Shown piece after piece: positions 48,661-58,444 of a stretch of 64,000 nt of DNA. A program made the translations under genes and the position numbers. The notes beneath the pieces are model-generated. The model made no database searches and was not told the DNA's origin. It saw nothing but the letters and a program-made list of their open reading frames with translations. Origin of the DNA: Maricaulis sp. (GTDB lineage: Bacteria > Pseudomonadota > Alphaproteobacteria > Caulobacterales > Maricaulaceae); NCBI RefSeq assembly GCF_048268525.1, contig NZ_JBLWVH010000018.1:9083-73082 (forward strand). Direction: 5' to 3'. Position 1 is the stretch's first letter; every line of letters begins with the position of its first letter.

Positions 48661-49056
48661 ATGTTCAACGTATTTCCACTTTTGATCATTCCGGTGGTCA
48701 TCTACACGATTGTTGCCTACACGACCGGCGCTGACATGAGCGAAGGCCTGTTCGAGGTGAACATGGTGTCCGGCACGCTGGCCATTTCGAAGGGTGATCT
48801 TCTGGTCATTCTCGGCATGATCATGCTCTTCATGGAGCTCATCAAGGCGGCCGGATCGGGCACTGCGACGATCATCAATCACGGCCTGTCGATGATGATC
48901 TTTGTCATCGCCATGGCGCTGTTCCTGCTGGTCGGTCACTTTGCGACCTCGACCTTCTTCCTGCTGACGCTGATGGCCCTGATGGACACCGTTGCCGGTT
49001 TCGTCGTCACCATCGTGGCAGCCCGTCGCGACCTTGCGGTCGGCGGCGAAGGCTGA
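48661..49056 (+). CDS. small 4-TM membrane protein (hypothetical; possible GtrA-like flippase partner)
   Basis: GGAGG RBS 6 nt before the ATG at 48661; four hydrophobic helices; lies immediately after the GtrB-like GT2. Confidence 0.5.
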   Translation: MFNVFPLLIIPVVIYTIVAYTTGADMSEGLFEVNMVSGTLAISKGDLLVILGMIMLFMELIKAAGSGTATIINHGLSMMIFVIAMALFLLVGHFATSTFFLLTLMALMDTVAGFVVTIVAARRDLAVGGEG

Positions 49057-49139
49057 TCAGAGCAGAACGAAAAGCAGTCCGGCGCCAAGGCTCACATCGA
49101 GCCAGAAGCCATAGCGCCGGGCCCGGGCAACAGCGATTG

Positions 49140-49469
49140 TCATGCGCGCCGCTCCCACATCGGGGGCGGCGTTTGCTTGTCGCTGGCGGCGGCATAGGTG
49201 CGGCGGAAGCGCTCGATCTCGCTGGCTTCCGCCTTGAGACCGCGACGCGGGGCGTCACCGATGATCTGGACCATGACTTCCGCCGTGGCAGGACGGGCCC
49301 TCACAAACGAACGGTCGCTGTCGCGCTCGGACGTTTGCGGGGTCGGGACGGTGACGAGGGCCCGGTCCTGCCGCGGCGGACGATCCTGCGAACCGCGCAC
49401 ACGAGCGGCCGGCTCAATACGCCGGCTGGTCGGGGTCGGGACAGAATATGCGCTGCGGATCGTGGTCAT
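49140..49469 (-). CDS. hypothetical protein
   Basis: Strong GC3 codon bias on the - strand; no recognised motifs. Confidence 0.35.
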   Translation of the reverse strand: MTTIRSAYSVPTPTSRRIEPAARVRGSQDRPPRQDRALVTVPTPQTSERDSDRSFVRARPATAEVMVQIIGDAPRRGLKAEASEIERFRRTYAAASDKQTPPPMWERRA

Positions 49470-49561
49470 GCCCTCTCCATCGCAAGCCGGATGCCAACTC
49501 TTAATGAGAAGTTAACCACGATTCTGGCCGCAATTGCGGCGTTTTGGGCAGATCGCAAAGC

Positions 49562-49587
49562 AAAACCGGCCCGCGAGGCGGGCCGGT
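49562..49587 (-). terminator. rho-independent terminator downstream of phaR
   Basis: ccggcccgc-gagg-cgggccgg hairpin with a T-run on the - strand. Confidence 0.65.
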
Positions 49588-49660
49588 TGGCTCATTTCGG
49601 TACGATTTTGTTAACCCTGTGAGGGGGTTGTGCCAGGTGCGCGCCGAGCGGCCCCGGCGA

Positions 49661-50272
49661 TCACTTCTTGTCGAGCAATTCGTCCATCTTGGCCCGCAGG
49701 CCATCGAGCTCCTCGCGCAGGGCCGACAGGTCCTCCGGCTTTCCGGCTGGGGCGTTATCGTCGGTCGCCGTGTCTGGCGCTGCGCCGGCGCCGGGCATGG
49801 AACCGGCCTGGAAGGGCGTGAACATCCGCATCGTCTGGCCGAACAATTCCATATTGCGGCGGGTCTGCTCCTCCAGCATGGCCATGGTGGCCTGAGGTGA
49901 GCTCATTGCGTCGGTCATCTTGTCGCGAAACTCTTCCTGCTGCTGCGAGAACGAGTTCATCGACATTTGCAGATAGCCTGGAACGACGCTCTGCAGGCTG
50001 TCACCGTAGAAGCCGATCAGCTGTCGCAGGAAATCCACGGGCAGGAGATTGGCGCCGCGGGATTCCTCCTCGAAAATGATCTGGGCCAGCACACCGCGCG
50101 TCAGGTCATCGCCGCTCTTGGCGTCGACGACCTGGAAATCGGTACCCTTCTTGACCAGGTCACGCAGGTAATCGAGCGTCACATACTGGCTGGTAGAGGT
50201 GTCGTAGAGGCGGCGGTTCGCGTACTTCTTGATTACGATGCCCGCGGCTTTGCCGGTCGATTTTGTCACCAC
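49661..50272 (-). CDS. phaR: polyhydroxyalkanoate synthesis repressor PhaR
   Basis: IKKYANRRLYDTSTSQYVTLDYLRDLV PhaR N-terminal DNA-binding motif. Confidence 0.93.
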   Translation of the reverse strand: MVTKSTGKAAGIVIKKYANRRLYDTSTSQYVTLDYLRDLVKKGTDFQVVDAKSGDDLTRGVLAQIIFEEESRGANLLPVDFLRQLIGFYGDSLQSVVPGYLQMSMNSFSQQQEEFRDKMTDAMSSPQATMAMLEEQTRRNMELFGQTMRMFTPFQAGSMPGAGAAPDTATDDNAPAGKPEDLSALREELDGLRAKMDELLDKK

Positions 50273-50432
50273 ATACTCCCCTGTTTGCGCCGAAAATATT
50301 GTCGGGATTGTTTTGCGTTCGACTTGGGCGCACTACATTTTCATGTAAGGGTTTACGCGCTCAAGGTGGTGTGCTGCAAGCGCGAACGCTATTGGCTTCA
50401 CTGTCGGTGCGAAACGGACAGGTTTCGGGGGG

Positions 50433-51164
50433 ATGATCATGACACGAACGGCTTTGGTTACAGGTGGTACGCGCGGAATCGGTGCAGCCATCAGCGTCGC
50501 GTTGAAATCTGCAGGCCACACAGTGATAGCGAACTATGCCGGCAATGAAGTCGTGGCCCGCAAGTTTGCTGACGAGACCGGTATCAAGGCCGTCAAGTTT
50601 GACGTCGGCAGCTTTGAATCAAGCGCTGCCGGAATGGCCGACGCCGAGAGCCTGGCCGGCGCACCGATCGACATTCTGGTCAATAATGCCGGGATCACCC
50701 GCGACACGATGTTCCACAAGATGAGCCAGTCCCAGTGGGACGAGGTGATCAATGTCGATTTGGGATCCATGTTCAACGTGACCCGCCCATTGATCGATGG
50801 CCTGCGTGAGCGCGGCTGGGGCCGGATTATCAATATCTCGTCGATCAATGGCCAGAAGGGCCAGATGGGCCAGGTGAACTACTCCGCCGCCAAGGCCGGT
50901 GTGATCGGCTTCACCAAGGCGCTGGCCCAGGAAACGGCCCGCAAGGGGATCACCGTCAACTGCATCACGCCAGGTTATATCAACACCGAGATGGTCGCCG
51001 CGGTCCCGGAAAAAGTGCTGGAGAGCATTGTTGCGGGCATTCCGGTCGGACGCCTTGGAGAGGCCGACGAGATCGGCGCGCTTTGCGTCTATCTGGCGAG
51101 CGAGGAGGCGGGATTTGTGACCGGCTCGACGCTGACGATCAATGGCGGCCAGTACCTCGCCTGA
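50433..51164 (+). CDS. phaB: acetoacetyl-CoA reductase (SDR) PhaB
   Basis: TGGTRGIG Rossmann motif; NAG and YSAAK SDR motifs; divergent from phaR. Confidence 0.9.
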   Translation: MIMTRTALVTGGTRGIGAAISVALKSAGHTVIANYAGNEVVARKFADETGIKAVKFDVGSFESSAAGMADAESLAGAPIDILVNNAGITRDTMFHKMSQSQWDEVINVDLGSMFNVTRPLIDGLRERGWGRIINISSINGQKGQMGQVNYSAAKAGVIGFTKALAQETARKGITVNCITPGYINTEMVAAVPEKVLESIVAGIPVGRLGEADEIGALCVYLASEEAGFVTGSTLTINGGQYLA

Positions 51165-51197
51165 CATGAAATACATGTCTGCCCCAAATTTGCCGTC

Positions 51198-51956
51198 TTG
51201 CCGGTCATTATGCGTGTCGGGATGACGCGTTGGTTGATAGCCATACTGATCGCCGCACTGGCTGCGGGCGCCGCAACAGGGATGCAAAATCCCCTGCGAG
51301 ACCGCTTGTTGCGCAATGAGCGGACGCAACAGGTGTCGGGCTGGTTCCAGCGTGCCGACACGGGCGAGTTCTTCCTGTTCGACAGATCCGGAGATGCGGC
51401 CCTTCTGCAGGAACGCGATGCGCCGGACAGCGAAGTCCTGGTTCTCTACCCGGATCGCGCACCCGGCGGCGGAACCGCTTTCATCACCGATACCGGTCGC
51501 GAAGTCATCCGTCTGACGGGGCTGGGCGGCGCGACGTATTTCCCGCGCACCTCACCGGATGGCGTGATTGCCGATTTCGCCAGCCCGGCCGGAGCGCTGG
51601 CTCCGCCGCCGCGATCGCCTGACGAAGTGCGGGAGCGCGCCGAGTCGTTGGCCAGTGAGATGGCGGCGGCACTGGATCGCTCTATCTCAATCGCTTATGC
51701 CCCGGCGCCGCGCGCGGGGCTGGGTGTCCAGTTCGACACGCTTCATGTGATCGCCAGGGCGTTCGAATCGGTTCGCGGTGAACGGCGCCGGCTGCGCGAT
51801 GTCGAGCATGTTCGGATTGATCTGGGTGATGCGCCGGCGGCCTACCGCCAGGAGGATACGCTGGTCGTCGTGATTGCTCCCCTGCTGGGTTATGCCGGCC
51901 GACCGTCGTCTGAATTCATCGGGCAGGTATTGCTCAGCGATCCGGGCGCAATCTGA
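51198..51956 (+). CDS. hypothetical exported protein
   Basis: N-terminal signal-like hydrophobic stretch; no family recognised. Confidence 0.45.
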   Translation: MPVIMRVGMTRWLIAILIAALAAGAATGMQNPLRDRLLRNERTQQVSGWFQRADTGEFFLFDRSGDAALLQERDAPDSEVLVLYPDRAPGGGTAFITDTGREVIRLTGLGGATYFPRTSPDGVIADFASPAGALAPPPRSPDEVRERAESLASEMAAALDRSISIAYAPAPRAGLGVQFDTLHVIARAFESVRGERRRLRDVEHVRIDLGDAPAAYRQEDTLVVVIAPLLGYAGRPSSEFIGQVLLSDPGAI

Positions 51957-52394
51957 TCAAGACAGGCCGGGTGACCATCCCGGCGGCGCGAGTTCAAATC
52001 CTTCAAAGCGAAATCCCGGCGCGACCGTGCACCCGACCAGGGTCCAGGCGCCTGTCGAACGGGCACTCTGCCAGGCCCCCTCGGGCACAATGCCCTGCGG
52101 GCGCTGCCCCCGATCCAGATCAGGTCCCAGCAACAGGGTTGAAACCGGTCCGTCGCTGTCGCTGATACCCAGTTCGAGCGGCGATCCGGCATGCCAGTGC
52201 CAGGTTTCCACGGCGTCGACCCGGTGCCAGTGCGAGTGCTCGCCGGCGGCGAGCAGATAATAGATGGCCGTCGAGCGGTCCCGACCGCCTGCCGGGTCCG
52301 GGTCGCGCAGTGTTTCGACATACCAGCCGCCTTCAGGATGGCGCTGGAGCTTGAGCGTCTCGATGATGCGGCGGGCGTCGTCGGGCAGGGTCAA
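51957..52394 (-). CDS. cupin-domain protein (DUF985-like)
   Basis: HPEGGWYVET...HWHRVDAVETWHWHAG cupin motifs. Confidence 0.7.
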   Translation of the reverse strand: MTLPDDARRIIETLKLQRHPEGGWYVETLRDPDPAGGRDRSTAIYYLLAAGEHSHWHRVDAVETWHWHAGSPLELGISDSDGPVSTLLLGPDLDRGQRPQGIVPEGAWQSARSTGAWTLVGCTVAPGFRFEGFELAPPGWSPGLS

Positions 52395-53161
52395 AACGAA
52401 TCCTTCCGGCGGCGGATCTCGGCGAACACGTCTTCATCGTCATCATCGACCATTTGCAGGCGGGCCCGGATGGCCGGATCGTTCGGGCGAAGAAAGGGGT
52501 TGGCGGCCTTTTCCGCGGCAATGGTTGTCGGCACAGTCGGTTCGCCGCGCGCGCGCTCGCCCTCGACCATGGCCGCGTAGACCTGCAGGTCGTGGTTGTC
52601 CGGATCGACACTCAATGCAAAGCGGGCATTGGCCTCGGTGTACTCATGGGCACAGTAAATGCGGGTCTCGTCGGGCAGGGCGGCCAGCCGCGACAGGGAG
52701 TGCCACATCTCCGCCGGTGTGCCTTCAAACAGTCGGCCGCATCCCAGCGCGAACAATGTGTCGCCAACAAAGGCCAGGCCGTCCATCGGCAGATGGTAGC
52801 AGACATGCCCCATCGTATGGCCGGGAGTGTAGAGCACCTTCGCCTTGTGGCTGCCGAGGCTGACAACATCGCCGTCCTCGACCTCCATCGTAATCCCGGG
52901 AATGCGGTGCCTGTCATAGCTCGGTGCCACGATTTTCGCGCCGGTCACGGCCTGCACAGCCTCATTGCCACCGGCATGATCGAAATGGTGATGCGTGTTC
53001 CAGATCTGGGTGATCGACCAACCGGCCTTTTCCGCTTCGCTCAGGATGCGGTCTGCGTCCGGCGTGTCGATGGTCGCGGTCTCGCCACTATCGGGGTCAT
53101 GGACCAGGAAGCCGTAATTGTCCGAGAGGCAGGGAAACTGCCTGATGAGGAGTTCGCTCAT
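52391..53161 (-). CDS. gloB: hydroxyacylglutathione hydrolase (glyoxalase II)
   Basis: THHHFDHAGGN metallo-beta-lactamase motif; start at the internal MSELLIRQF (the track ORF is over-extended to 53896). Confidence 0.92.
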   Translation of the reverse strand: MSELLIRQFPCLSDNYGFLVHDPDSGETATIDTPDADRILSEAEKAGWSITQIWNTHHHFDHAGGNEAVQAVTGAKIVAPSYDRHRIPGITMEVEDGDVVSLGSHKAKVLYTPGHTMGHVCYHLPMDGLAFVGDTLFALGCGRLFEGTPAEMWHSLSRLAALPDETRIYCAHEYTEANARFALSVDPDNHDLQVYAAMVEGERARGEPTVPTTIAAEKAANPFLRPNDPAIRARLQMVDDDDEDVFAEIRRRKDSF

Positions 53162-53245
53162 TGTCCAAATGTCCGCTTGCGCTAGGCTGTCGTTCCCGGG
53201 TCGGCCCTCGCGGGCATTGATCAGGAACTTAGGCATCGTGCGGGA

Positions 53246-54013
53246 GTGTGGCCAGTGCGCCGTGACGTCCTTGAACTCGACCGTTTCTATCGCAGCCGTC
53301 AGGGGCGTGCCGCGCATCGCATGATCGCTCGGCGTGTGAGCTCGATCTGGCCGGATGTGACCGGACTCGATGTGCTGGGGATCGGCTTCGCCAATCCCTA
53401 TCTCGATGTCTGGCAGGGCAAGGCGCGGCGCTGCGTCTCCCTGACCCCGGCAGCGCAGGGCGCCATTGTGCCCGGCCCGGACGGGGTGCCCACGGCGCTG
53501 GGGGATGAAACCCACCTGCCGTTCCAGGAGGCGCTGTTCGACCGGGTCTTGCTGGTCCACGCGCTTGAGGAAACCGACTCGCTGCCGGCGCTGTTGCGTG
53601 AAGTCTGGCGGGTGCTGGCGCCGGAAGGCCGACTGTTGATCGTCTCCCCGTCGCGGTCCGGCATCTGGGCCTGGCTCGACTCCACACCGTTCGGACACGG
53701 GCGCCCGTTTTCCCGCGGACAGCTGACCCGCCTCCTGGATGACGCGCTGCTCGTGCCGACAGCCTGGTCGCGGGCCCTCTACGCCCCGCCCTGGGGTTGG
53801 AGCACACATCGGCGGGTGGCCAATCTGTGGGAAGAGGTTGGTGAATACGCCTGGCCGGCATTGGGCGGCCTGATCCTTGTTGAAGCCGTCAAGCACAATG
53901 CGGCGGTCACGCCGGGGCTGCGGACTGCGCGTGTCAGCAGAGCGGCACTTGAAGGTCAGCGCCAGCCCGCGCTATCTCCCCGTCACGGATCCCGACGGGT
54001 CCGACGGGATTGA
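53246..54013 (+). CDS. class I SAM-dependent methyltransferase
   Basis: LDVLGIGFANPYL...RVLAPEGRLLI methyltransferase motifs; divergent from gloB. Confidence 0.7.
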   Translation: MWPVRRDVLELDRFYRSRQGRAAHRMIARRVSSIWPDVTGLDVLGIGFANPYLDVWQGKARRCVSLTPAAQGAIVPGPDGVPTALGDETHLPFQEALFDRVLLVHALEETDSLPALLREVWRVLAPEGRLLIVSPSRSGIWAWLDSTPFGHGRPFSRGQLTRLLDDALLVPTAWSRALYAPPWGWSTHRRVANLWEEVGEYAWPALGGLILVEAVKHNAAVTPGLRTARVSRAALEGQRQPALSPRHGSRRVRRD

Positions 54014-54022
54014 GGAGTTATC

Positions 54023-55111
54023 ATGGCTATCGAACCACGCGCCGGCATTCTGGATATACGCCCCTACAAGCCGGGTTCGTCCGAGGCGCCGGGCATTGAA
54101 AACCCGGTCAAGCTGTCCTCCAACGAGAATGCGCTGGGTTGTTCGGACAAGGCGGCAGCCGCGATGACGGCGACGGCGTCGAAGCTCCATCTTTACCCGG
54201 ATGGTGGCGCCACCAAGCTGCGCGAAGCCATCGCCGCGGCTGAGGGCCTGGAGGCGGAGAACATCGTTTGCGGCACCGGCTCGGATGAACTCCTGCAGCT
54301 GCTCGGTCGGGCCTATCTCAATCCCGGCGACAAGGTCGTCCAGTCGCAGTACGGTTTCCTGGTCTACCGTTTGGTGGCCATGCAGTGCGGTGCCAATTTG
54401 GTGTCCGCGCCAGAGCGGGACTATCGCTCGGATGTTGATGCCATCCTCGAAGCGGCCGGTGACGACACCCGCATCGTCTTCCTGGCCAATCCCAACAATC
54501 CCACCGGCACCTATATCTCTGACGCTGAAGTACGCCGTCTGCGCGACGGGTTGCCCGCATCGACCTTGCTGGTCCTCGACGCTGCCTATGCCGAGTTTGT
54601 CGATAATCCTGACTATGATTCCGGGATCGCGCTGGCCCGGGAGCGTGACGATGTGATCGTCACGCGCACCTTCTCCAAAATCCACGGTCTGGCGGCGCTG
54701 CGCCTTGGCTGGGCCTATGGCAACAAGGCAATCATTGACGTGCTGCACCGTGTGCGCGGCCCGTTCAACGTCAACATGGCGGCCATCGAAGCCGGAACCG
54801 CGGCGATCCAGGACCGGGACTTCATGAAGCGCTCGGTCGACCACAATGAGGAATGGGTTGCCTTCCTGCGCCAGCAGATTGGCGGTCTCGGACTGGAAGT
54901 GACGCCCAGTGTCTGCAACTTCGTGCTGATCCACTTCCCGGAGACACCCGGAAAGACCGCCGCCGATGCCGATGCCTATCTGACGTCGCAGGGCCTGATC
55001 ATCCGGGCCGTTGACCCGTATGGCCTGCCCAATGCCCTGCGGGCCACGGTCGGAAGCGAAGCCGAGAACCGGCGCCTGGTCGACGCCCTGTCGACCTTCA
55101 TGAAAGCCTAG
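54023..55111 (+). CDS. hisC: histidinol-phosphate aminotransferase
   Basis: Class II aminotransferase; PLP lysine motif TFSKIHGLAALRLGWA. Confidence 0.92.
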   Translation: MAIEPRAGILDIRPYKPGSSEAPGIENPVKLSSNENALGCSDKAAAAMTATASKLHLYPDGGATKLREAIAAAEGLEAENIVCGTGSDELLQLLGRAYLNPGDKVVQSQYGFLVYRLVAMQCGANLVSAPERDYRSDVDAILEAAGDDTRIVFLANPNNPTGTYISDAEVRRLRDGLPASTLLVLDAAYAEFVDNPDYDSGIALARERDDVIVTRTFSKIHGLAALRLGWAYGNKAIIDVLHRVRGPFNVNMAAIEAGTAAIQDRDFMKRSVDHNEEWVAFLRQQIGGLGLEVTPSVCNFVLIHFPETPGKTAADADAYLTSQGLIIRAVDPYGLPNALRATVGSEAENRRLVDALSTFMKA

Positions 55112-56118
55112 TCGTCCAGCCCGCCCAGCCGGGCCGGTCCGAGATAGACACCGCCATCGCGGATGCGGAAGGGAAGTGAAACCCCTTCCGGTCCACGCGG
55201 TGCCATCATGGCCGCGACGCGCAGCGCTTCGCGATATTGCTCGGGGATGAGCCCGGCTTCCACCAGGGCCTCGGCCAGCGTGTCGGGATCGGTGACCCGC
55301 AATGACAGGCGTCCGTCCGGGCGTGCCATCCGGTCGACCGTGAATTCGCCAACGGCGGTCAGGTCTGCCGGGCCCCATTGCAGGCCGGCATCCGTGATGT
55401 CCAGACGGCCACCAGCCTGGCTCCAGGCCATGGCGTCGGCATTCCGGGCCAGCGACGACCATTCCGTCACCGTGAACTCAAGCCGGGCCATCGCCAGCGT
55501 TTCGCCGAAGGCGCGTTCCACGTCGGGGTCGAGTACTCCGGGCGCCGCGACCACAGTCTCGGCCATGCCTCGAACGCGCAGCGTGTTGTCGGTTGCCACG
55601 ACGCCATTGAGATAGAGCGCGCCGATCGAACGAATGTCCGGGGCGTCGCCAGCGCGGGTGATGATCGTCAGGTCGACCAGCTCGGCACCAACCCGGGAGG
55701 TCTGCCCGGTCTCATCGTACACGAGACTGACGCGAGCATCGCTGGCGCCCAGCTCCAATCGGCTGCCGGGCGCGTTCAGATCATCGAGAAAGGCGGGGCC
55801 GCCAAAGCGTACGATCCAGTGTGACAGGTCGTAGGGCACGGCATGGGCCTGCAGGCTGGACAATTCAGCGTGCCAGCCGCCATCGCTGGCCGGCGCCGTG
55901 ATGTTCGGTTCGCGGAAGGTGATCTGGAACCGGTAGGGAAAGCCCGACACGGTCAGGGCCTCGCGCTCGATCACATAGCCGGCGGCTTCCTGGTCGGCGA
56001 CCCAGTCCTCCACGGCTGACCGGATCTGCGTCGAGGCAAAGAACCAATAGGCCGAGTAAAGCACGAACACGAAAAGGATCGCGCCGAACGGCAGGATGAA
56101 ACGCAAACGCCCGTCCAT
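55108..56118 (-). CDS. DUF2125 domain membrane-anchored protein
   Basis: N-terminal TM helix plus conserved alphaproteobacterial DUF2125-like body. Confidence 0.6.
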   Translation of the reverse strand: MDGRLRFILPFGAILFVFVLYSAYWFFASTQIRSAVEDWVADQEAAGYVIEREALTVSGFPYRFQITFREPNITAPASDGGWHAELSSLQAHAVPYDLSHWIVRFGGPAFLDDLNAPGSRLELGASDARVSLVYDETGQTSRVGAELVDLTIITRAGDAPDIRSIGALYLNGVVATDNTLRVRGMAETVVAAPGVLDPDVERAFGETLAMARLEFTVTEWSSLARNADAMAWSQAGGRLDITDAGLQWGPADLTAVGEFTVDRMARPDGRLSLRVTDPDTLAEALVEAGLIPEQYREALRVAAMMAPRGPEGVSLPFRIRDGGVYLGPARLGGLDD

Positions 56119-56120
56119 GA

Positions 56121-56855
56121 TCAGGTCTCTTTCTCGGTGGCAGGCATGTCAGCCGCCAGCAGCGCATCGGTGGCCGTGTTGATCCGCGCGTGAAGCTGCT
56201 GCATGAAGCTGGCCTTGTCGAGGCCCGGCGCGATCGGCTCCAGGAATTCGACAACAATCCTGCCGGGTTTGCGCAAGCCGCAATAGGTCTGCAGGTGGAC
56301 GCCGGAGTTCAGGGCGACCGGAATGCACGGCTTGCCCATCGACTTGTAGAGGCCGGCAATGCCGGGCTTGAGCTCGGGTGTTTCGCCGGGCATGACCCGC
56401 GTCCCTTCCGGGAAGATCAGGACCTGCCGGTTCTCGCTGCCGCGCGTTGCCGCATCGCGCAACATGCCCTTCAGCGCCTTGCCGCCGCCGTCCCGGTCAA
56501 TCGAGATATTGCCGAGCTTCACCGCGAACCAGCCGAAAATCGGCATGTAGACCAGCGACTTCTTCAGGATGATCGCCGGGTCGGGCAGGATTTCCCAGAA
56601 GGCCAGCGTCTCCCACATGCTCATATGCTTGGAGGCGACCAGGGCGCCGCCGGTGGTGAGATGCTCGCGGCCGCGGACTTCGAAGGTCACGCCCATGATC
56701 CAGCGCATGCCGAACCAGATCACCTTGAGATAGGCCCGCAGGATGCCGCGTGCCCAGGATCTCGGACCGAGCAGGAAGGGTGTTCCGGCCAGGCCGAACA
56801 CGATCATCAGCCCGTACATCCAGATGTAGAATATGAGGGATCGCAAAAAGCGCAT
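56121..56855 (-). CDS. plsC: 1-acyl-sn-glycerol-3-phosphate acyltransferase (LPLAT family)
   Basis: H(x4)D-type motif (ASKHMSMWE); FPEGTR motif. Confidence 0.85.
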   Translation of the reverse strand: MRFLRSLIFYIWMYGLMIVFGLAGTPFLLGPRSWARGILRAYLKVIWFGMRWIMGVTFEVRGREHLTTGGALVASKHMSMWETLAFWEILPDPAIILKKSLVYMPIFGWFAVKLGNISIDRDGGGKALKGMLRDAATRGSENRQVLIFPEGTRVMPGETPELKPGIAGLYKSMGKPCIPVALNSGVHLQTYCGLRKPGRIVVEFLEPIAPGLDKASFMQQLHARINTATDALLAADMPATEKET

Positions 56856-57442
56856 CAGGCGTCTTCCGTCTGCGAGGTCAGCGAGTGTCTCAGCTGGACC
56901 GTCGTGTACTTGGCATATTCCTGGAGCCAGAGCCGAAGTGCGCCGACATCCTGCCAGGGGGCCTGTGTGCGCACAGGGTAGGGGATCAGGTCGACGCCGG
57001 GCATGTGGCTGCGAAACTCCAGGAGGCTGCGGGGCAGATGATAGTCTGAGGTGACGATGATCAAGCGATCATAACCGTTGGCCTGCACATAGGCGGCCGT
57101 TTCGCGGGCATTTCCGACCGTGTCAGTCGCCTCGCGCCCGAGGGTGACACAACAGGCAAAGGCCGCCTCGTCCAGCCCGGTTTGGCGACGGATATCGGCG
57201 GTGGTGACCGAGGGGTGGACACCGGAAATCATCAGATGTGCTGCCCGATCGCCCCGCAACAACGCTCCCCCGGTCGAGAGTCGCCCGGCATCACCGGTCA
57301 GCACGATGATGGCATCGACGGTGTTGTCGTCAGCCGGGACGTCATACCCGGTGACCTTGCCGGCATAGGCGGCAAACCCGATCGCGCTCGCCAGGACGAC
57401 GACAAAACACAGGCCTCGCAGCCAGAGCCAGCTTTGCTTCAT
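56855..57442 (-). CDS. YdcF/ElyC DUF218 family protein
   Basis: N-terminal TM helix; DAIIVLTGDAGR...ISGV DUF218 motifs. Confidence 0.75.
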   Translation of the reverse strand: MKQSWLWLRGLCFVVVLASAIGFAAYAGKVTGYDVPADDNTVDAIIVLTGDAGRLSTGGALLRGDRAAHLMISGVHPSVTTADIRRQTGLDEAAFACCVTLGREATDTVGNARETAAYVQANGYDRLIIVTSDYHLPRSLLEFRSHMPGVDLIPYPVRTQAPWQDVGALRLWLQEYAKYTTVQLRHSLTSQTEDA

Positions 57443-57538
57443 GCCGCTCTCCAGTTTGATCGGGCCGCCGCGCGGCCGAACAGGAAGGTCCTCGCCAACA
57501 TCAAGACTCTCGCGTGAAACAGGCGGATTTATGGTCGG

Positions 57539-58444
57539 TCACCAGCGCCCCCGCAGGTCGGAAGCCACCGCCAGCCGCGCCGAGATGGCGGCGGTCACGC
57601 CGGCCAGCAGGGGGGCGACCGCAAGCAGCACGAACTCGAACGGGTCCGACGCCCATTGTGGCAGGAAGAATGCCATGTCGGCCGGCGCGTCGCCGAGGCT
57701 GACAAGGATCGACACGAGGCCGGCAAAAACAGCCCCCGCGACCCCGGACTTCAGACCCAGCATGAAAAAGCGGCGCTGGAACAGGCCGGCGATGAAGCGG
57801 TCTTCGGCGCCACATAGATGCAGGGCGTCAATCACGTCCAGCCGGGCAGCAAGGCTGGCGCGGGCTGCGAAGGCGATCACGGCGGCGGCAGCGCCGGCGA
57901 GCAGCGCGAGCAGACCCAGTCCGAGCGCCTGCGCCGTGCCGGCTGCCCGGCGGACGGCATTGGCCCAGCGCCCGTGATCATCAATCCGTGCGGCCATGCC
58001 CTCGGCGTCGAGTTGCGCCTGAAGGGAGGCGGTGTCGATCACGCTGCCGGAGCGGGTACGCACATCGACCAGAAGCGGCAAGGGCAGGTCGTCGGGCAGG
58101 TTGCCTTCACCCAGCCAGGGTGTGAGCAGGGCCAGAGCATGATCGCGACCGCGAGCGGTCGCTTGTTCAATCCCCTCGATGGCCTCCGCAAGCTCCGCCG
58201 CGCGCACGGCGTCGGCATCCGGGTCGCGGCCCTCGACCGGACGCACCTGGATGGTGAGCGAGGTTTCCAGATCTGTCGTCCAGCTCTGCGCCTGCAGCCA
58301 TGCGCCACGCGCGCCCAGGGCGGCGATGCAGGCCAGGAAGACAAGGATGGCAGCAACAACGAAGAGGGGGCGATCACGGCCTGCATCCGGAGGCAGCAGT
58401 CGACCATTCCCGCCGGAGGGCGGCTTGGGCAGGGTGTCAGTCAT
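57539..58444 (-). CDS. ftsX: cell division permease-like protein FtsX
   Basis: 4 TM helices with a large periplasmic loop; downstream of and overlapping ftsE (alternative starts 58450/58489). Confidence 0.85.
   Translation of the reverse strand: MTDTLPKPPSGGNGRLLPPDAGRDRPLFVVAAILVFLACIAALGARGAWLQAQSWTTDLETSLTIQVRPVEGRDPDADAVRAAELAEAIEGIEQATARGRDHALALLTPWLGEGNLPDDLPLPLLVDVRTRSGSVIDTASLQAQLDAEGMAARIDDHGRWANAVRRAAGTAQALGLGLLALLAGAAAAVIAFAARASLAARLDVIDALHLCGAEDRFIAGLFQRRFFMLGLKSGVAGAVFAGLVSILVSLGDAPADMAFFLPQWASDPFEFVLLAVAPLLAGVTAAISARLAVASDLRGRW

Noticed and set aside
49500-49620. Two GTTAAC motifs flanking the phaR terminator as a PhaR operator
   Set aside because: They are downstream of phaR rather than in the phaR-phaB divergent promoter; likely coincidental.
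52391-53896. 501-aa ORF fused upstream of gloB
   Set aside because: GloB homology begins at the internal Met (MSELLIRQF); the upstream 245 aa are Arg/Pro/Gly-rich and overlap the methyltransferase gene on the other strand.
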